A DNA stretch of 27,780 bases, taken from the IMG/VR virus record IMGVR_UViG_3300037449_000224, positions 1 to 27,780 of that record; one strand, given 5' to 3'. This document shows, in pieces, positions 1 to 10,300 of the stretch (positions are counted from its first letter, which is position 1; every line of letters begins with the position of its first letter). The notes beneath the pieces were generated by a model. It saw only the letters and a program-made list of their open reading frames with translations. It had not been told where the DNA came from and did no database searches. The position numbers and the translations under genes were made by a program. The DNA is from a virus (Duplodnaviria > Caudoviricetes).

Positions 1-372
1 TGTTGCACCAGCACCTCTACATAACGTAACGGCCTGAGATGTCACGCCTGAATCTCCTGTTTTCGTTGGCAGCCATAAACTAAATTCTATTGTCCACGTA
101 GATGCAGAACCTAAAATCGTTTGTACGGTTGCGGGGATAACATCCCAATAATTATATGTCGGACATGTGTAATAATCGTTTTCAAATGCCGGTGTTAAAG
201 GTGTGTTTACATAAGACCCACTACCACTTGCTCCGGGGGTCATAACATATCCACCGATTATATCTGTTTTGCTATCTTCCCACACGGCTATAACGTTTGA
301 CGGATAAGTGTCTGTCGCAAAAAGGATTGACGCAAAAAGCATAACTAAAATGGTAAAGAGTATTTTTTTCAT
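1..372 (-). CDS. Secreted/virion protein with signal peptide, possibly LamG/concanavalin-like; runs off the window edge
   Basis: Not in the ORF track. My translation from the ATG at 372 is open to position 1: MKKILFTILVMLFASILFA-TDTYPSNVIAVWEDSK...STWTIEFSLWLP. It has a Sec-type signal peptide and a WTIEF motif typical of LamG-like domains. The ATG lies 1 nt after the stop of the upstream gene. Confidence 0.7.
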   Translation of the reverse strand, partial: MKKILFTILVMLFASILFATDTYPSNVIAVWEDSKTDIIGGYVMTPGASGSGSYVNTPLTPAFENDYYTCPTYNYWDVIPATVQTILGSASTWTIEFSLWLPTKTGDSGVTSQAVTLCRGAGAT

Positions 373-373
373 T

Positions 374-1018
374 TTACACCTTTAGGCCTTTAGTACCTTT
401 CAATTTTTTCTTTTGTTCTGCAGGTATTGATGTGCTTGTAGTAGCTTTTGCACTTGTTGTAGTTGTTCGCTCGTAATCCTTCCATACATACTTAACATTT
501 TTCTCCCATAAAGCAATTGCAGGTGCACCGCCTGCAGGAGACCATCTTTCTGCTAACATGTGCATAAAGGAATCAATATGTTCCGGTTGTGACACATAGT
601 TTGTCATTTCCTCTTCAATTATTATACAAGCACTAGCTAACTGTTCATTCTCACCAGGAATTAAACCATTACGTATACCTGTCACCCCATATGTAAGGAC
701 TATACCATTTTCCTCTCGTCTAATGCCAATTAAACAACCTATAGGAGCCGGTCTAGTGTGAATCTCATTAAATATCTCTCTATTCTCCTCAGTTTTGTAC
801 TTCGTATATAAGGAAACACCCTGCGTACCGAAGTATGCTAACATTTTTGTTTTATACTCTTGTATCAACTTTGCCTTTGCAACTTCAACATGCACTAAAG
901 CTAATATCAGAAAAAGTATCACAACAATAAAAGCTACTGCTTCAATAATATAACCAAGTGGTGGTTTATGTAAATGGATAATAGTTGGATTTTTGACTGG
1001 GATTGGTTTTAGGGGCAT
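374..1018 (-). CDS. Hypothetical membrane-anchored protein
   Basis: 214 aa, one strong N-terminal hydrophobic helix (YIIEAVAFIVVILFLILALV), T/K-rich tail; start overlaps the stop of the SAMDC gene. Confidence 0.7.
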   Translation of the reverse strand: MPLKPIPVKNPTIIHLHKPPLGYIIEAVAFIVVILFLILALVHVEVAKAKLIQEYKTKMLAYFGTQGVSLYTKYKTEENREIFNEIHTRPAPIGCLIGIRREENGIVLTYGVTGIRNGLIPGENEQLASACIIIEEEMTNYVSQPEHIDSFMHMLAERWSPAGGAPAIALWEKNVKYVWKDYERTTTTSAKATTSTSIPAEQKKKLKGTKGLKV

Positions 1019-1407
1019 TACATCACCTCGTCTTTTTTTATTACCATCTTTCCATCTTCCTCTAGACCTCTGTCAATTGTTAACGCGTGGTACTTACCTG
1101 GATGGAGTTTTTCAATGATGTACTTCATAGCTTTTCTGGAAACAGCTTTACTACCGCAAGTGTATATGTCTAATGCAGCATATCCTCGTTCAGGCCAAGT
1201 ATGAACACTGATATGACTCTCCGCAAGTAGTAAAATACCGGTCATCCCAGAAGGTTTATACTTCTTCCAATTGCAACCTACAAGTGTTGCTCCGCTCTCG
1301 GTTACAGCTTGTAAAAGTAACGACTTCATAAAAGAAAAATCACTAAGACTAAGTTCTGATACTTCCCACAGTTCAAGTAAGATATGAACGCCTTTTGTGC
1401 CTACCAT
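1018..1407 (-). CDS. speD: S-adenosylmethionine decarboxylase proenzyme (pyruvoyl-dependent, short class 1B type)
   Basis: Motif GILLLAE/SHISVHTWPERGYAALDIYTCG includes the E-S autocleavage site; N-terminal G-x-H; RBS AAGGAG upstream. Confidence 0.92.
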   Translation of the reverse strand: MVGTKGVHILLELWEVSELSLSDFSFMKSLLLQAVTESGATLVGCNWKKYKPSGMTGILLLAESHISVHTWPERGYAALDIYTCGSKAVSRKAMKYIIEKLHPGKYHALTIDRGLEEDGKMVIKKDEVM

Positions 1408-1434
1408 CTCACACTCCTTTTTTATATTATACTA
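1408..1434 (-). promoter_or_regulatory. Putative -10/TATA element and RBS for speD
   Basis: The intergenic minus strand reads TAGTATAATATAAAAAAGGAGTGTGAG-ATG (TATAAT, then AAGGAG). No convincing -35 seen. Confidence 0.35.
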
Positions 1435-2073
1435 TCAAGGAGCTGGTGCCGTAGCAGGAACAAGTATAAGGTAACTGACTTCACTAGTACCTGAAAAGGT
1501 TATAGTAATTAATGTAGCAGTAGTCTTAGTGTAGGTACTTGCTACTTTTCCGCCAAGCAAAACAAGTGCTGTAGCATTATTACTTGTTAGTGTGTGTGTG
1601 TCAATCACAGTGGCGGTTGTTAATATACCAGAAAGAGTTCCTCTGAAGTCAAACATAGACTCTACATAATTTAGGTCATTCTGTATATTATTGATAGTAC
1701 TTGAGTGTACGGTATCGCCTACAGTACTATAACTTATGGTTACTGTCTGCCCAATTACTGTACTAAAAAAGTACAATTTCTTGTTAACAGAATCTGTAAA
1801 GAAGGCATTTGGTGTGTTTACAGATGATAGGTAGAACACTTCTGTAAATGTTACACCTCCATTAGAAACAGTTATAGTACTTGGAATAGAAGAACCGTTA
1901 GCTAACGTAGTTTGAGATCTTGGGGAATAACCCAGTACAACAGATCCGTAGGAAGGTTTAAGACCGTCCACTGTTACCGTATAAGTAACAGGATCCGTCG
2001 TACCTTGTCTTGGTATATTAACATTCTGGTCAATTAAATTTGAAGTACCAATCAGTGATGCAGGAAAGGACAT
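1435..2073 (-). CDS. Putative virion structural (tail/fibre-like) protein
   Basis: 212 aa, very T/S/V-rich beta-strand composition; GDTVHSSTINNIQNDLNYVE resembles short helical motifs of tail-fibre/baseplate proteins. Function is inferred. Confidence 0.5.
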   Translation of the reverse strand: MSFPASLIGTSNLIDQNVNIPRQGTTDPVTYTVTVDGLKPSYGSVVLGYSPRSQTTLANGSSIPSTITVSNGGVTFTEVFYLSSVNTPNAFFTDSVNKKLYFFSTVIGQTVTISYSTVGDTVHSSTINNIQNDLNYVESMFDFRGTLSGILTTATVIDTHTLTSNNATALVLLGGKVASTYTKTTATLITITFSGTSEVSYLILVPATAPAP

Positions 2074-2074
2074 C

Positions 2075-3466
2075 TTATGCCTCCACTATTCTCAACATCA
2101 TAGCAGTCCTTTTTAAGGCAGGTTTGATTGTATAAGCTGCCACATAGTTAATCGCAGGTTTCTGTGCAAGTTTAACAGCAGAGAAAGCCTTTGATAAATC
2201 AGATGCAACTGATTGAAGAACTGTGGCAGCCGTTATTTGTTCATCCCTACTCTTAGCAGGTAACTGTTCTGTGATATAGGATTTAATACCTTTGATCGTA
2301 TCGTTTATACTATCTACGTCATGAAGTATAACTGAATCACCGGCAGGAATAGTTTTTTGTATTTCTGCCACCTTACTGGAAATGTCCTCTACAGTCATTA
2401 AGGCATAAGCTAACAACTTCTCTGGATTACCAATGGATTGCAATTTTACAATAGCATTCCCTTCTGTTGATGCAGCCTTAACTTTAATCATGTCCTTAAG
2501 AACATTTACCATGTTACCTAATCTGGTTCTCTCTTCAGGAGAAAGTTGAGTTGAAGTTTTGACCATCTCTTCTATAAACTGCTTTACAGAAAAGTATGCA
2601 TTATCTTTTTCTGTTTGTTCAAAGTCTAACTCATTGTCCCTTTCCTTAAGTTTCTGTATAAACTTCTCAAGGTAGGTTACAAAGTTATCAAATGTAGACT
2701 TAACCATATTGTCACCTTGTATCGCAGTAACGTCAAGTCCTTGTACAGCACTTAGTACTTCATTTGCCTGTATAACTTGAGATAAGAACCTCTCGTGAAG
2801 TTGTTCCGCTTCTGATGGAGGGGTAAATGCAGGTTTCTCAGCAAGTTGATCTGGTTCAACGGTCTGTTCAATACCCTCAGCAGTTTTTATTGTTATAAAC
2901 ATCTTTCCAGCCTTCTCAAAAACACTGATAGGTGTAACTGGTTTAAACGCATCATACTTTGCAGCATACCAGGCGGTTTTACTAACTAGTATGGATGCTG
3001 TCTTGAGTTCCTTGATCCTCTTTTCAGTATCCTCAACGCGTTCTAACATAGTTCTGTATGTGCTGGAGTGTGAATACTTATCCTTCTCAGCATCTTTAAG
3101 ACGGTCCTTAAATGTTTTCAATGCTTCCTCTTGTTTCTTAATTTCCTCTTTATAATCTTCTGCCCTACTACCTTTACCACCTTTTTGCTTTGTCATCTCA
3201 ACACTATGTTCATATTCGTGTGGTTTTACTTCCTCTTTCTCTTTTGTATCTATGTTCCAGTCATTTACACCAAAACCAAGTTCGGTCATGACCTGGTTGG
3301 TTACAGCTTTTATGTCCTCTTCAGAGAAACCCTTAGTTACTTCTTTTATAACAAATTCTGGGTCCTCTCCCCCGCGTATACTTCTCCTTGCAACTTCTTC
3401 TACAGCACCAAGAATGTGCTTTGCTGGAATAAAATCTACTGTACTTCCTGCGGTTTTCTTTTGCAT
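2075..3466 (-). CDS. Hypothetical coiled-coil protein, putative head/internal virion protein
   Basis: 463 aa, charged helical composition, four KTA and one RTA motifs; RBS GAGGTGG upstream. Confidence 0.75.
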   Translation of the reverse strand: MQKKTAGSTVDFIPAKHILGAVEEVARRSIRGGEDPEFVIKEVTKGFSEEDIKAVTNQVMTELGFGVNDWNIDTKEKEEVKPHEYEHSVEMTKQKGGKGSRAEDYKEEIKKQEEALKTFKDRLKDAEKDKYSHSSTYRTMLERVEDTEKRIKELKTASILVSKTAWYAAKYDAFKPVTPISVFEKAGKMFITIKTAEGIEQTVEPDQLAEKPAFTPPSEAEQLHERFLSQVIQANEVLSAVQGLDVTAIQGDNMVKSTFDNFVTYLEKFIQKLKERDNELDFEQTEKDNAYFSVKQFIEEMVKTSTQLSPEERTRLGNMVNVLKDMIKVKAASTEGNAIVKLQSIGNPEKLLAYALMTVEDISSKVAEIQKTIPAGDSVILHDVDSINDTIKGIKSYITEQLPAKSRDEQITAATVLQSVASDLSKAFSAVKLAQKPAINYVAAYTIKPALKRTAMMLRIVEA

Positions 3467-3615
3467 AATTTTGCCACCTCTTTTTCTAATTTTTGAATTT
3501 TTTGTTCATACTCTAGAACCATATCTGTCACTAATGTGCTAACAACAGGTCCGATGGAAACCTCTTTTGTGAGTTCCTTTATTCTTTCCGCAATTATATT
3601 ACTTTTTAGTTCCAT
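3436..3615 (-). CDS. Small hypothetical coiled-coil protein (likely start MELKSN at 3615)
   Basis: The ATG at 3615 lies 1 nt after the stop of the upstream gene, suggesting translational coupling; the ORF fills the gap between two genes. Confidence 0.55.
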   Translation of the reverse strand: MELKSNIIAERIKELTKEVSIGPVVSTLVTDMVLEYEQKIQKLEKEVAKLCKRKPQEVQ

Positions 3616-3616
3616 G

Positions 3617-4492
3617 TTATAACCCAAACATGTATTTTTGATAGATTCCGATTTCCTGCGGCGATGTACCATTTTGATTATTCGCAGGAATCAGATTATC
3701 TGCTGGCGGATACTCATCGTGTCCTGTCTCATTCTCTTTCTGTTCTGGTGAATCCTTCCTATCGGCTTTACTAGTGTCAAGTACATCTGTCTTCATTTCT
3801 AGATGTACTTTAGCTCCAGGCATTTTCTTCTTCTGTCTAGTATAAAATTTTTCAACTTCAGTTAAAATACCATCTACCTTATCAGTAACTTCTTTACTAA
3901 AGTTTGGTTGTCTCAGTTCTGTCAAATTAAGGTTCACAGCAGATAATTTCTGTTGTACTGACCCTTCCTTAATCTTGTTACTAATATCGTGAATCATTTC
4001 CAACAGTGCATCATCCGGTAACGTAGTTATGTTGAACTCCTGTCCGTTATACTCAAAAGTAATTTGATAGGGTGCAGTTTTTATAATCTCTGAACTATAG
4101 GCAATATTAACTAACTGAGTTAAATACTGTCTAAGATTAGTGGACTGTTCAGAACCCATTTCAGTCGTTTCTGCCTGCTGTCCATCATCTTTCTCTTCAC
4201 TAGCATGTTTAATATAGTTATTGATTGAAAGCATACGTGCCTCCACAGGATATATTTGTTGGTACATTTCATTGTCTGGTTTAAAGAGTTTCCAACGATC
4301 AGGTGTAAACTGTCCTACTTCCATCTGTTTGTACCACTCACTCTTTTCCCAACGATTATCTCTAGCAGCATCTATATCCCGTGAGAATGTAGTTCTGTCA
4401 TCCTCTTTAACATGGGATTCAATTCTACCTTTATAATGGTCCCTGAATTGGTTAAAAGTCATATAAGGACGTTTCTCTTTATTCTGTGGCAT
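3617..4492 (-). CDS. Hypothetical protein
   Basis: 291 aa ORF overlapping its upstream neighbour; KHA/KTA motifs. Confidence 0.75.
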   Translation of the reverse strand: MPQNKEKRPYMTFNQFRDHYKGRIESHVKEDDRTTFSRDIDAARDNRWEKSEWYKQMEVGQFTPDRWKLFKPDNEMYQQIYPVEARMLSINNYIKHASEEKDDGQQAETTEMGSEQSTNLRQYLTQLVNIAYSSEIIKTAPYQITFEYNGQEFNITTLPDDALLEMIHDISNKIKEGSVQQKLSAVNLNLTELRQPNFSKEVTDKVDGILTEVEKFYTRQKKKMPGAKVHLEMKTDVLDTSKADRKDSPEQKENETGHDEYPPADNLIPANNQNGTSPQEIGIYQKYMFGL

Positions 4493-5168
4493 CTAGTATA
4501 CTCTCCAGTTTAAGAAGTACTTCTGGTATTCGGGAAGGGTTGACTTCCCCCAGTACGTCTTTTAACAGTTTTCTCAGTTCTGTCTTTGTCTTCTCACTCA
4601 GTTGAGTCTTAGCCTGAACTTGTCCCGCATTATTACCTAACTTTTGGTAAAAAGCTTCTAAACCAGATATTTTTGCATAGTCCTTCATCAGGTTTCTTAA
4701 CTCACTTATATACTTCTGTAAAATTGATTCTAAGTAAGGATTAGATGTCTTCTGTTCACTAATCTGTGCCGCTAACAGATCATACCGTTCCTGTACTCTG
4801 TTGAACGTATTAAGGAAGGTCTCATTCAAGTTTAAGATACGTTTCTCTGTGTCATGAACTACTAAGGAACTGGTTACTGTCCCTTTAGTGTCTGTTTCTA
4901 CTGATGCTGTTCTTGTGTCAGACGGAACTAAAGCATTCTCCTGTGCAGTAACAATCACAGAAGCAACTTCCTGTTGAAGCGTCCTTTTAAACTCTCCTAT
5001 GTCTTGTTCCTTAATGTAGAAGTCACTCTTCTTGTCAATTGCAATATTGTCGTCTTCATCAACAGTATTCCTTATCCAATTTGCAATCTTGACCAGAGTT
5101 TCATCCTCATATACCATGTCTTGAATCTTCTTAAAATAAGGATGAGTTAAAATTTTCTCGTGTTGCAT
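4479..5168 (-). CDS. Hypothetical helical protein, possible N-terminal HTH
   Basis: 229 aa. The N-terminus HPYFKKIQDMVYEDETLVKIANWIR looks HTH-like (weak); helical C-terminus; coupled start. Confidence 0.7.
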   Translation of the reverse strand: MQHEKILTHPYFKKIQDMVYEDETLVKIANWIRNTVDEDDNIAIDKKSDFYIKEQDIGEFKRTLQQEVASVIVTAQENALVPSDTRTASVETDTKGTVTSSLVVHDTEKRILNLNETFLNTFNRVQERYDLLAAQISEQKTSNPYLESILQKYISELRNLMKDYAKISGLEAFYQKLGNNAGQVQAKTQLSEKTKTELRKLLKDVLGEVNPSRIPEVLLKLESILDATE

Positions 5169-5476
5169 TAGTGTGTACTCACTTTCTGCTCGAAGTATGT
5201 GGCTTTCTCACCTTCAAGACCTAAGTCACGTTTAACAATCTTTGCAGCATCCGCTTCCGACATACCCGTCCCTATAAGAGTGTTATATAATTGTTCATCC
5301 ATTGGAGCCCAAAGATCATAATAGGCCTTTTTATGAATAAACTTCTCTGTAAAGGTTTCCGCATGTATTTGTTTTTTAGCGTAACCACATTTTAAACATT
5401 TATCCAAGTCCAATAAGGAGTCAGTTAAGTGTAACAACTGTTGGGCGCATACGGGACAACTTCTACTTATTGCCAT
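5168..5476 (-). CDS. Small zinc-ribbon protein
   Basis: CPVC...CLKC pairs. Likely start MAISRS at 5476; the ORF track starts at 5500. Confidence 0.65.
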   Translation of the reverse strand: MAISRSCPVCAQQLLHLTDSLLDLDKCLKCGYAKKQIHAETFTEKFIHKKAYYDLWAPMDEQLYNTLIGTGMSEADAAKIVKRDLGLEGEKATYFEQKVSTH

Positions 5477-6365
5477 TAGTTTTCTCCGGTGCTTCATCAC
5501 CTTTGGATTGTCCTGCTACTCCTGATTCGCCGTCGTTCCGGCTTCCCTCGTAAACGTATGTGTTGCCACAAACGGGACATTTATTTGTTTCTAATCCTGT
5601 CTTCCTATCCACTTCTAAGATAGTAAGAGACTCACACTTTGGACAAGAGTGAAACATCATTGGACTTAATCCGTAAGCACCTGTTTTAGTAGTTGTGGTA
5701 TCGCTGGATGATGTAGTCTGTTTATTACGTTTCTTCACCACAGTACCCTCTGCTGTAGTCATCCTGATTCCGTCTGGTTGTGGTAACAGATCACTTGTTT
5801 CAAAGTATTCATCTATTTGTTCAATGGATATTTCCATTGGTTGATTCCACTCAAGTACTAGTTTGGATACAGTACCAACCTCGTCATCAATAGTAATGAG
5901 ATCTCCGCCTGTTGAAGCAGGACCTGCGGACTGAGGTGCTTTACCACCAAGAGGTTGTGCACCTGGAACAACAGTATCAAACCTTTCTTGCTTACCGTCG
6001 TTTGTATGATCTTTCGGGAGATCTTTTCCCATCCAGGCTTCTGCTGGAACTCCGGCGGCATAACGTATAAACTGTACAGTGTGTGCATCTATTGGAGTAA
6101 CTATTGCTGAAAACTTGCGACCAGGATAAATCTTCTCCTTAGCAGTCACATAATAAGGTTTTCTGCTTACTCCGCCTACAACTATTTGAATAAACTTCTC
6201 ATCATAGTGTGCAGTAGGAACAAGGTCAATTTTAGCTTCTTTAAGAGAAGACTGTTTGACAGTTGAAACATTTCCTGAACTAGACATAACATGTACCTTG
6301 TTGGCATCCTTATTGTTCATTACACTTACTAAAGAACCTTCTTTTGTCTCATAAAGATTTCTCAT
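5463..6365 (-). CDS. Hypothetical protein with C-terminal zinc ribbon
   Basis: 300 aa; CPKC...CPVC near the C-terminus; stop/start coupling with the upstream gene. Confidence 0.75.
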   Translation of the reverse strand: MRNLYETKEGSLVSVMNNKDANKVHVMSSSGNVSTVKQSSLKEAKIDLVPTAHYDEKFIQIVVGGVSRKPYYVTAKEKIYPGRKFSAIVTPIDAHTVQFIRYAAGVPAEAWMGKDLPKDHTNDGKQERFDTVVPGAQPLGGKAPQSAGPASTGGDLITIDDEVGTVSKLVLEWNQPMEISIEQIDEYFETSDLLPQPDGIRMTTAEGTVVKKRNKQTTSSSDTTTTKTGAYGLSPMMFHSCPKCESLTILEVDRKTGLETNKCPVCGNTYVYEGSRNDGESGVAGQSKGDEAPEKTNGNK

Positions 6366-7381
6366 TACTTCACCTCCAAAATTTGTACATTAACCCTTGA
6401 ATAAGGTGTGTCCTTGACTTGCTTACCTAACTTTAAATTTCTTTGTGAATATGTCATAAATGCTTTGTAACCTTGGTCAGAACCCCAACGGTTTATAATC
6501 CTATTGAGAATAGCATTTGCTTGTACTGGTGTAGCTGTTGATAAAAGATTATCCAGTTCCTTTTGATAGTCCCCTTGCCCTGATTGAGCGTGGTTATCAA
6601 GGTTAAAGGCGTTATCAAATGTAACCTTCTCAAACGCACCCAGTTCTTGTCCTTCTGCATCATAAAGAACTACAGGCGGCATCATCTTCCTCTTTGTGCC
6701 TTCTGTAAGTACAACAGCGGAAGCATAGAGTTTAACATTAGGATCAGCTGGTGCAACAAAACAAAGATCCACCACGTATCCTTTATTGACCTTCTTTAAT
6801 CCTTTAATTGAGATAGAAGGAACAAGTTTGGACTTGAATAGTTGGTTTACTAGTATTTCATCCAATGTAGTTAAAATATCTTCAGTTAACTTTGCTGCTT
6901 CGTTATTGTTCTGCATCGGTTTATTTTCCGCTTGCATACTGTGTTCCTTAAAAGGATTGTTAACAGGTTGTTCAGGAGTTGGTGCAGGTGGAAGTGATTC
7001 CATCTCATCCGCTGCATATACAGCACGTAAGGAAGCAGTTAACTTAATACGATTACTCGGATCCCTGAAAGGAAATACCTCAATAAGTTTTTCTGTCTCA
7101 TCCACTCTTAATGGATTTTGTTTAAATGAGGTTTTAAAATTTCTGAGTTCTTGGTTAATACCTGATACTGCTTTAAATACAGTATCCATATTAACTACAG
7201 GATTAACTTCCTCTAATACAGCAGGTAAATTGTCTTCAATAATACCTGCAATATCCCCGCCTGCTACACTATCTAGTTCTGGAAAACTGCGTTTAAAGTC
7301 CAACAAAGCCTCTTTCGAAACCTTCGTCAAGCCCGTATGATACACATACGATTTAGTTAAGTTATAACCGAACTTTGCCAT
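6365..7381 (-). CDS. Hypothetical protein (putative virion)
   Basis: 338 aa; RBS GGAGG; TAATG coupling at both ends. Confidence 0.75.
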   Translation of the reverse strand: MAKFGYNLTKSYVYHTGLTKVSKEALLDFKRSFPELDSVAGGDIAGIIEDNLPAVLEEVNPVVNMDTVFKAVSGINQELRNFKTSFKQNPLRVDETEKLIEVFPFRDPSNRIKLTASLRAVYAADEMESLPPAPTPEQPVNNPFKEHSMQAENKPMQNNNEAAKLTEDILTTLDEILVNQLFKSKLVPSISIKGLKKVNKGYVVDLCFVAPADPNVKLYASAVVLTEGTKRKMMPPVVLYDAEGQELGAFEKVTFDNAFNLDNHAQSGQGDYQKELDNLLSTATPVQANAILNRIINRWGSDQGYKAFMTYSQRNLKLGKQVKDTPYSRVNVQILEVK

Positions 7382-10300
7382 TATATGCCTCCTTGCTTTA
7401 TTTTAGCTTTATTTTTTGCCGCTATTGCTAATGGTGCATCATTTGATGCAACCTGCGGAAATGTTTGTTCCATAGCTTGTGTCATGGTATCAACTGCACT
7501 TAGTAATCTGTCTAAATACTCATTTATGTTCTGTAGTATAGAAAGTGCTCTTTCTGGTGTTGCCCCCTCACTACTAAGTTTAAGTATATCTAGGAACGAT
7601 TGAGCACCAGTTCTCTTTTTTGTTCTGTGAACTTTAAGTTTCTTACCTTCCATTGGTGCTATTACTGGTTTGTCATCCGGATCCCTAGTAATGGAAATAG
7701 GCATAGTCTCCCTACGTTGTTGTTCCTGTTCCTGTGGTTTTAGAGATATCATATGTCTATACTCATCTTTCAGTTTAACCAATTCCTGTTGGAATCTAGA
7801 AGCTGGACCTGATTGTAACAAGGACTCTCTCTGAGTCTGTAACGCATCTAATTGTTTACCTAACTGTTTGACTTGTTCTCTTGGTAATGTGTTATTCTTA
7901 GTCTGTTCCACCAGCGAGTCTATCTGTGTATCTAATGCTGCTACTTGAGGAAGCATCTTTGATATAGCTGCTTCTCTTTCATCAATATCAAACTTAAGTT
8001 TTTGCAGACCGTCCAGATGAGCCCATTCAGGTGTTTCATGAAACTTATAACCTGCTTTATCCGCAACTCTCTTTTTGGCATTTGTTAACACATCCTCAAA
8101 ACCCCTTTCAGATAAAGACTGAAGGTACTTCTGAGCTTTTTCTTTAGAACCTGCTTGTTGAATAATGTTCTGGTATGCGTTAGATACATCTTCAAGACCT
8201 GGTTTACTAAGATATTGTCTAATAAACTTTTGTGTATCAGGTGTAACAGCATTCCATACAGAAGTTTTCTCCTCAGGAGACAAACTACCCATAAAGGACT
8301 TTAAGGCTGTTGAGTACACCATTCCTAATACTACGGGACTCTTTCCTGAGGCAGATTCGAATGCTTCAGGAAGTATTTGATCTGCAAATGCTTCTAATGC
8401 TTTTGCTTTGTCTGGTGCACCCTTTAGACTGTTAGCCATATTTTTTGCTTGGTCACTCCAACGAGCAAATATGGTTGGGTTTGTAAAAAGAAGTGCTGCT
8501 GTAGCACTACCAACGTCTGGTGCCATATGTTCTACCAGAACACCTTTTTGTGACGGATAGCGTTCTGTTGTTGTAGCTTTAAGTTTTGGGAAGGCATCTT
8601 TCAATACCTTAGAACTCTGTCCAATTCCTTTCACGGAACCCATTACGTCTTTTATAGTATTGCGAGATACATCAAAAAATGCGGCAATGTCTTGTGGTGT
8701 TGTTCCTAATATAGTTGTAAACAACTTGATTTGAGGTGTCATCTGATCAGAACCTAAACTATCGGTTTTAACTTGTACAGGTCCTCTGGAAATAGCTATG
8801 TCTAACTGATGATCTACTCCACCGATAAGATCTGTCTTCATAGAAGAAATAACATCTTTCTTCTGAGAAAGATCTCGAACCTTCCTTGCAACAGCATATT
8901 CTAGTGCTCTGACTTTATCCTGTACTTCCATTGGTGTTGTGTTGGAAGAAAATCCCTCACCAAATATGGAAGAAAACTCTCCGGAGGTAAACTCCCTTAA
9001 AATTGGATCTTGTGTTTGCAATAAAGCAACCCCAATAAGTGTTTCTACACTGTTGAACATCTTTGAGAGTTTCTCAGTTGCTGCTACAACCTCTTTCAAG
9101 TCAGGTCTATTTTTTGGTGTAGCAACATCTTCTTTCTTTGCTGCTGTTTTTATAACAGACTGTAATTTTGCAGCCAAAGCAAAATCTCTTGAAGGGGATT
9201 GTTCATTTGATGTCTGGTGCTGTGCATATTCAATAATTGTATTCAATTGATGCAACACTTCTTTATACTTCTGAGAAATCTCTAATAAGGATGCAGTGTT
9301 ATCTGACTCCTCTGCAAACTTTATACTACTCATCTTCCTTTTCTTTTGCATTGGTTCTGTCATCTTCTGAGAGTACTCTTTACCAGCAGGTTGTAAAAGA
9401 ACAGCGGGAGTACCAGATTGTAGTTGTTTGAATAAGGAACCAAGAACCCAAGCAAAAGCCTGTCCCTCATCTGCAGTAATACTACCAGAGGAAATAGCAC
9501 TTCTGATTCCCATTATAAGTTTTTTCTGATTATCTGGTGTTACAATTGTGGTGGTTAACTTCTTAATATTCTCTGCAACTGTTTTAAATGACCCAATAAG
9601 TTTATCAAACTCCTGAGTCACTCTTGGAATTATATCTGTTGCTTGAGCGTGAGTTAATCCTTGTACTGTCTGTTCCTTAATATCAAGAAGGTCGGATACT
9701 GAGGAAGTATACTCTGCTGGAGTCAATAAAATCAACTTATCATTTAATATATGAGTAATAGACTCATTAACTGTTTCGGCAACAACCTTAAGTTGGTTTG
9801 GATCTGTTGCAGTCTTTGACGTGGTAATAAGTCTCGGAATGGTAAGTACATCCTGCCTTGCGGAAATCTTATTAGTTGTGAGATCAGATAGGACCCTAAA
9901 ACCATCCTGTAGGCCTAGTGACATAAATAATTCTTTAAGGAACGTATTATTAAGAATGCCGGAGAAGTCTAATTGTGAAATCTTTGTAGTATCAAATTCT
10001 GCCTTACCAGACATTGAGTTTACACCCATTGTTGAAGAAGGTGCTACTTGTGTAGTGTAAGTTGCCGGTAAACCCGCTCTACTAAACGCTGCAGAAATAG
10101 AGGTTTGAAAAGCTGTTGTCTTAACAGAGATAAGACTAAGTATGTCCCACTGGGCGGGACTAAGTATGTTTAACTCTGTAATAATAACACCTAACTGTTT
10201 CGCTATACCTTCACCTTGTTGTGCCAAACTCATTTTAAGTAAAAATGACTTAGGGAGAGATGATAAATTCTTGAGTGTATCTTGCCCTTGAGAAAGATTT

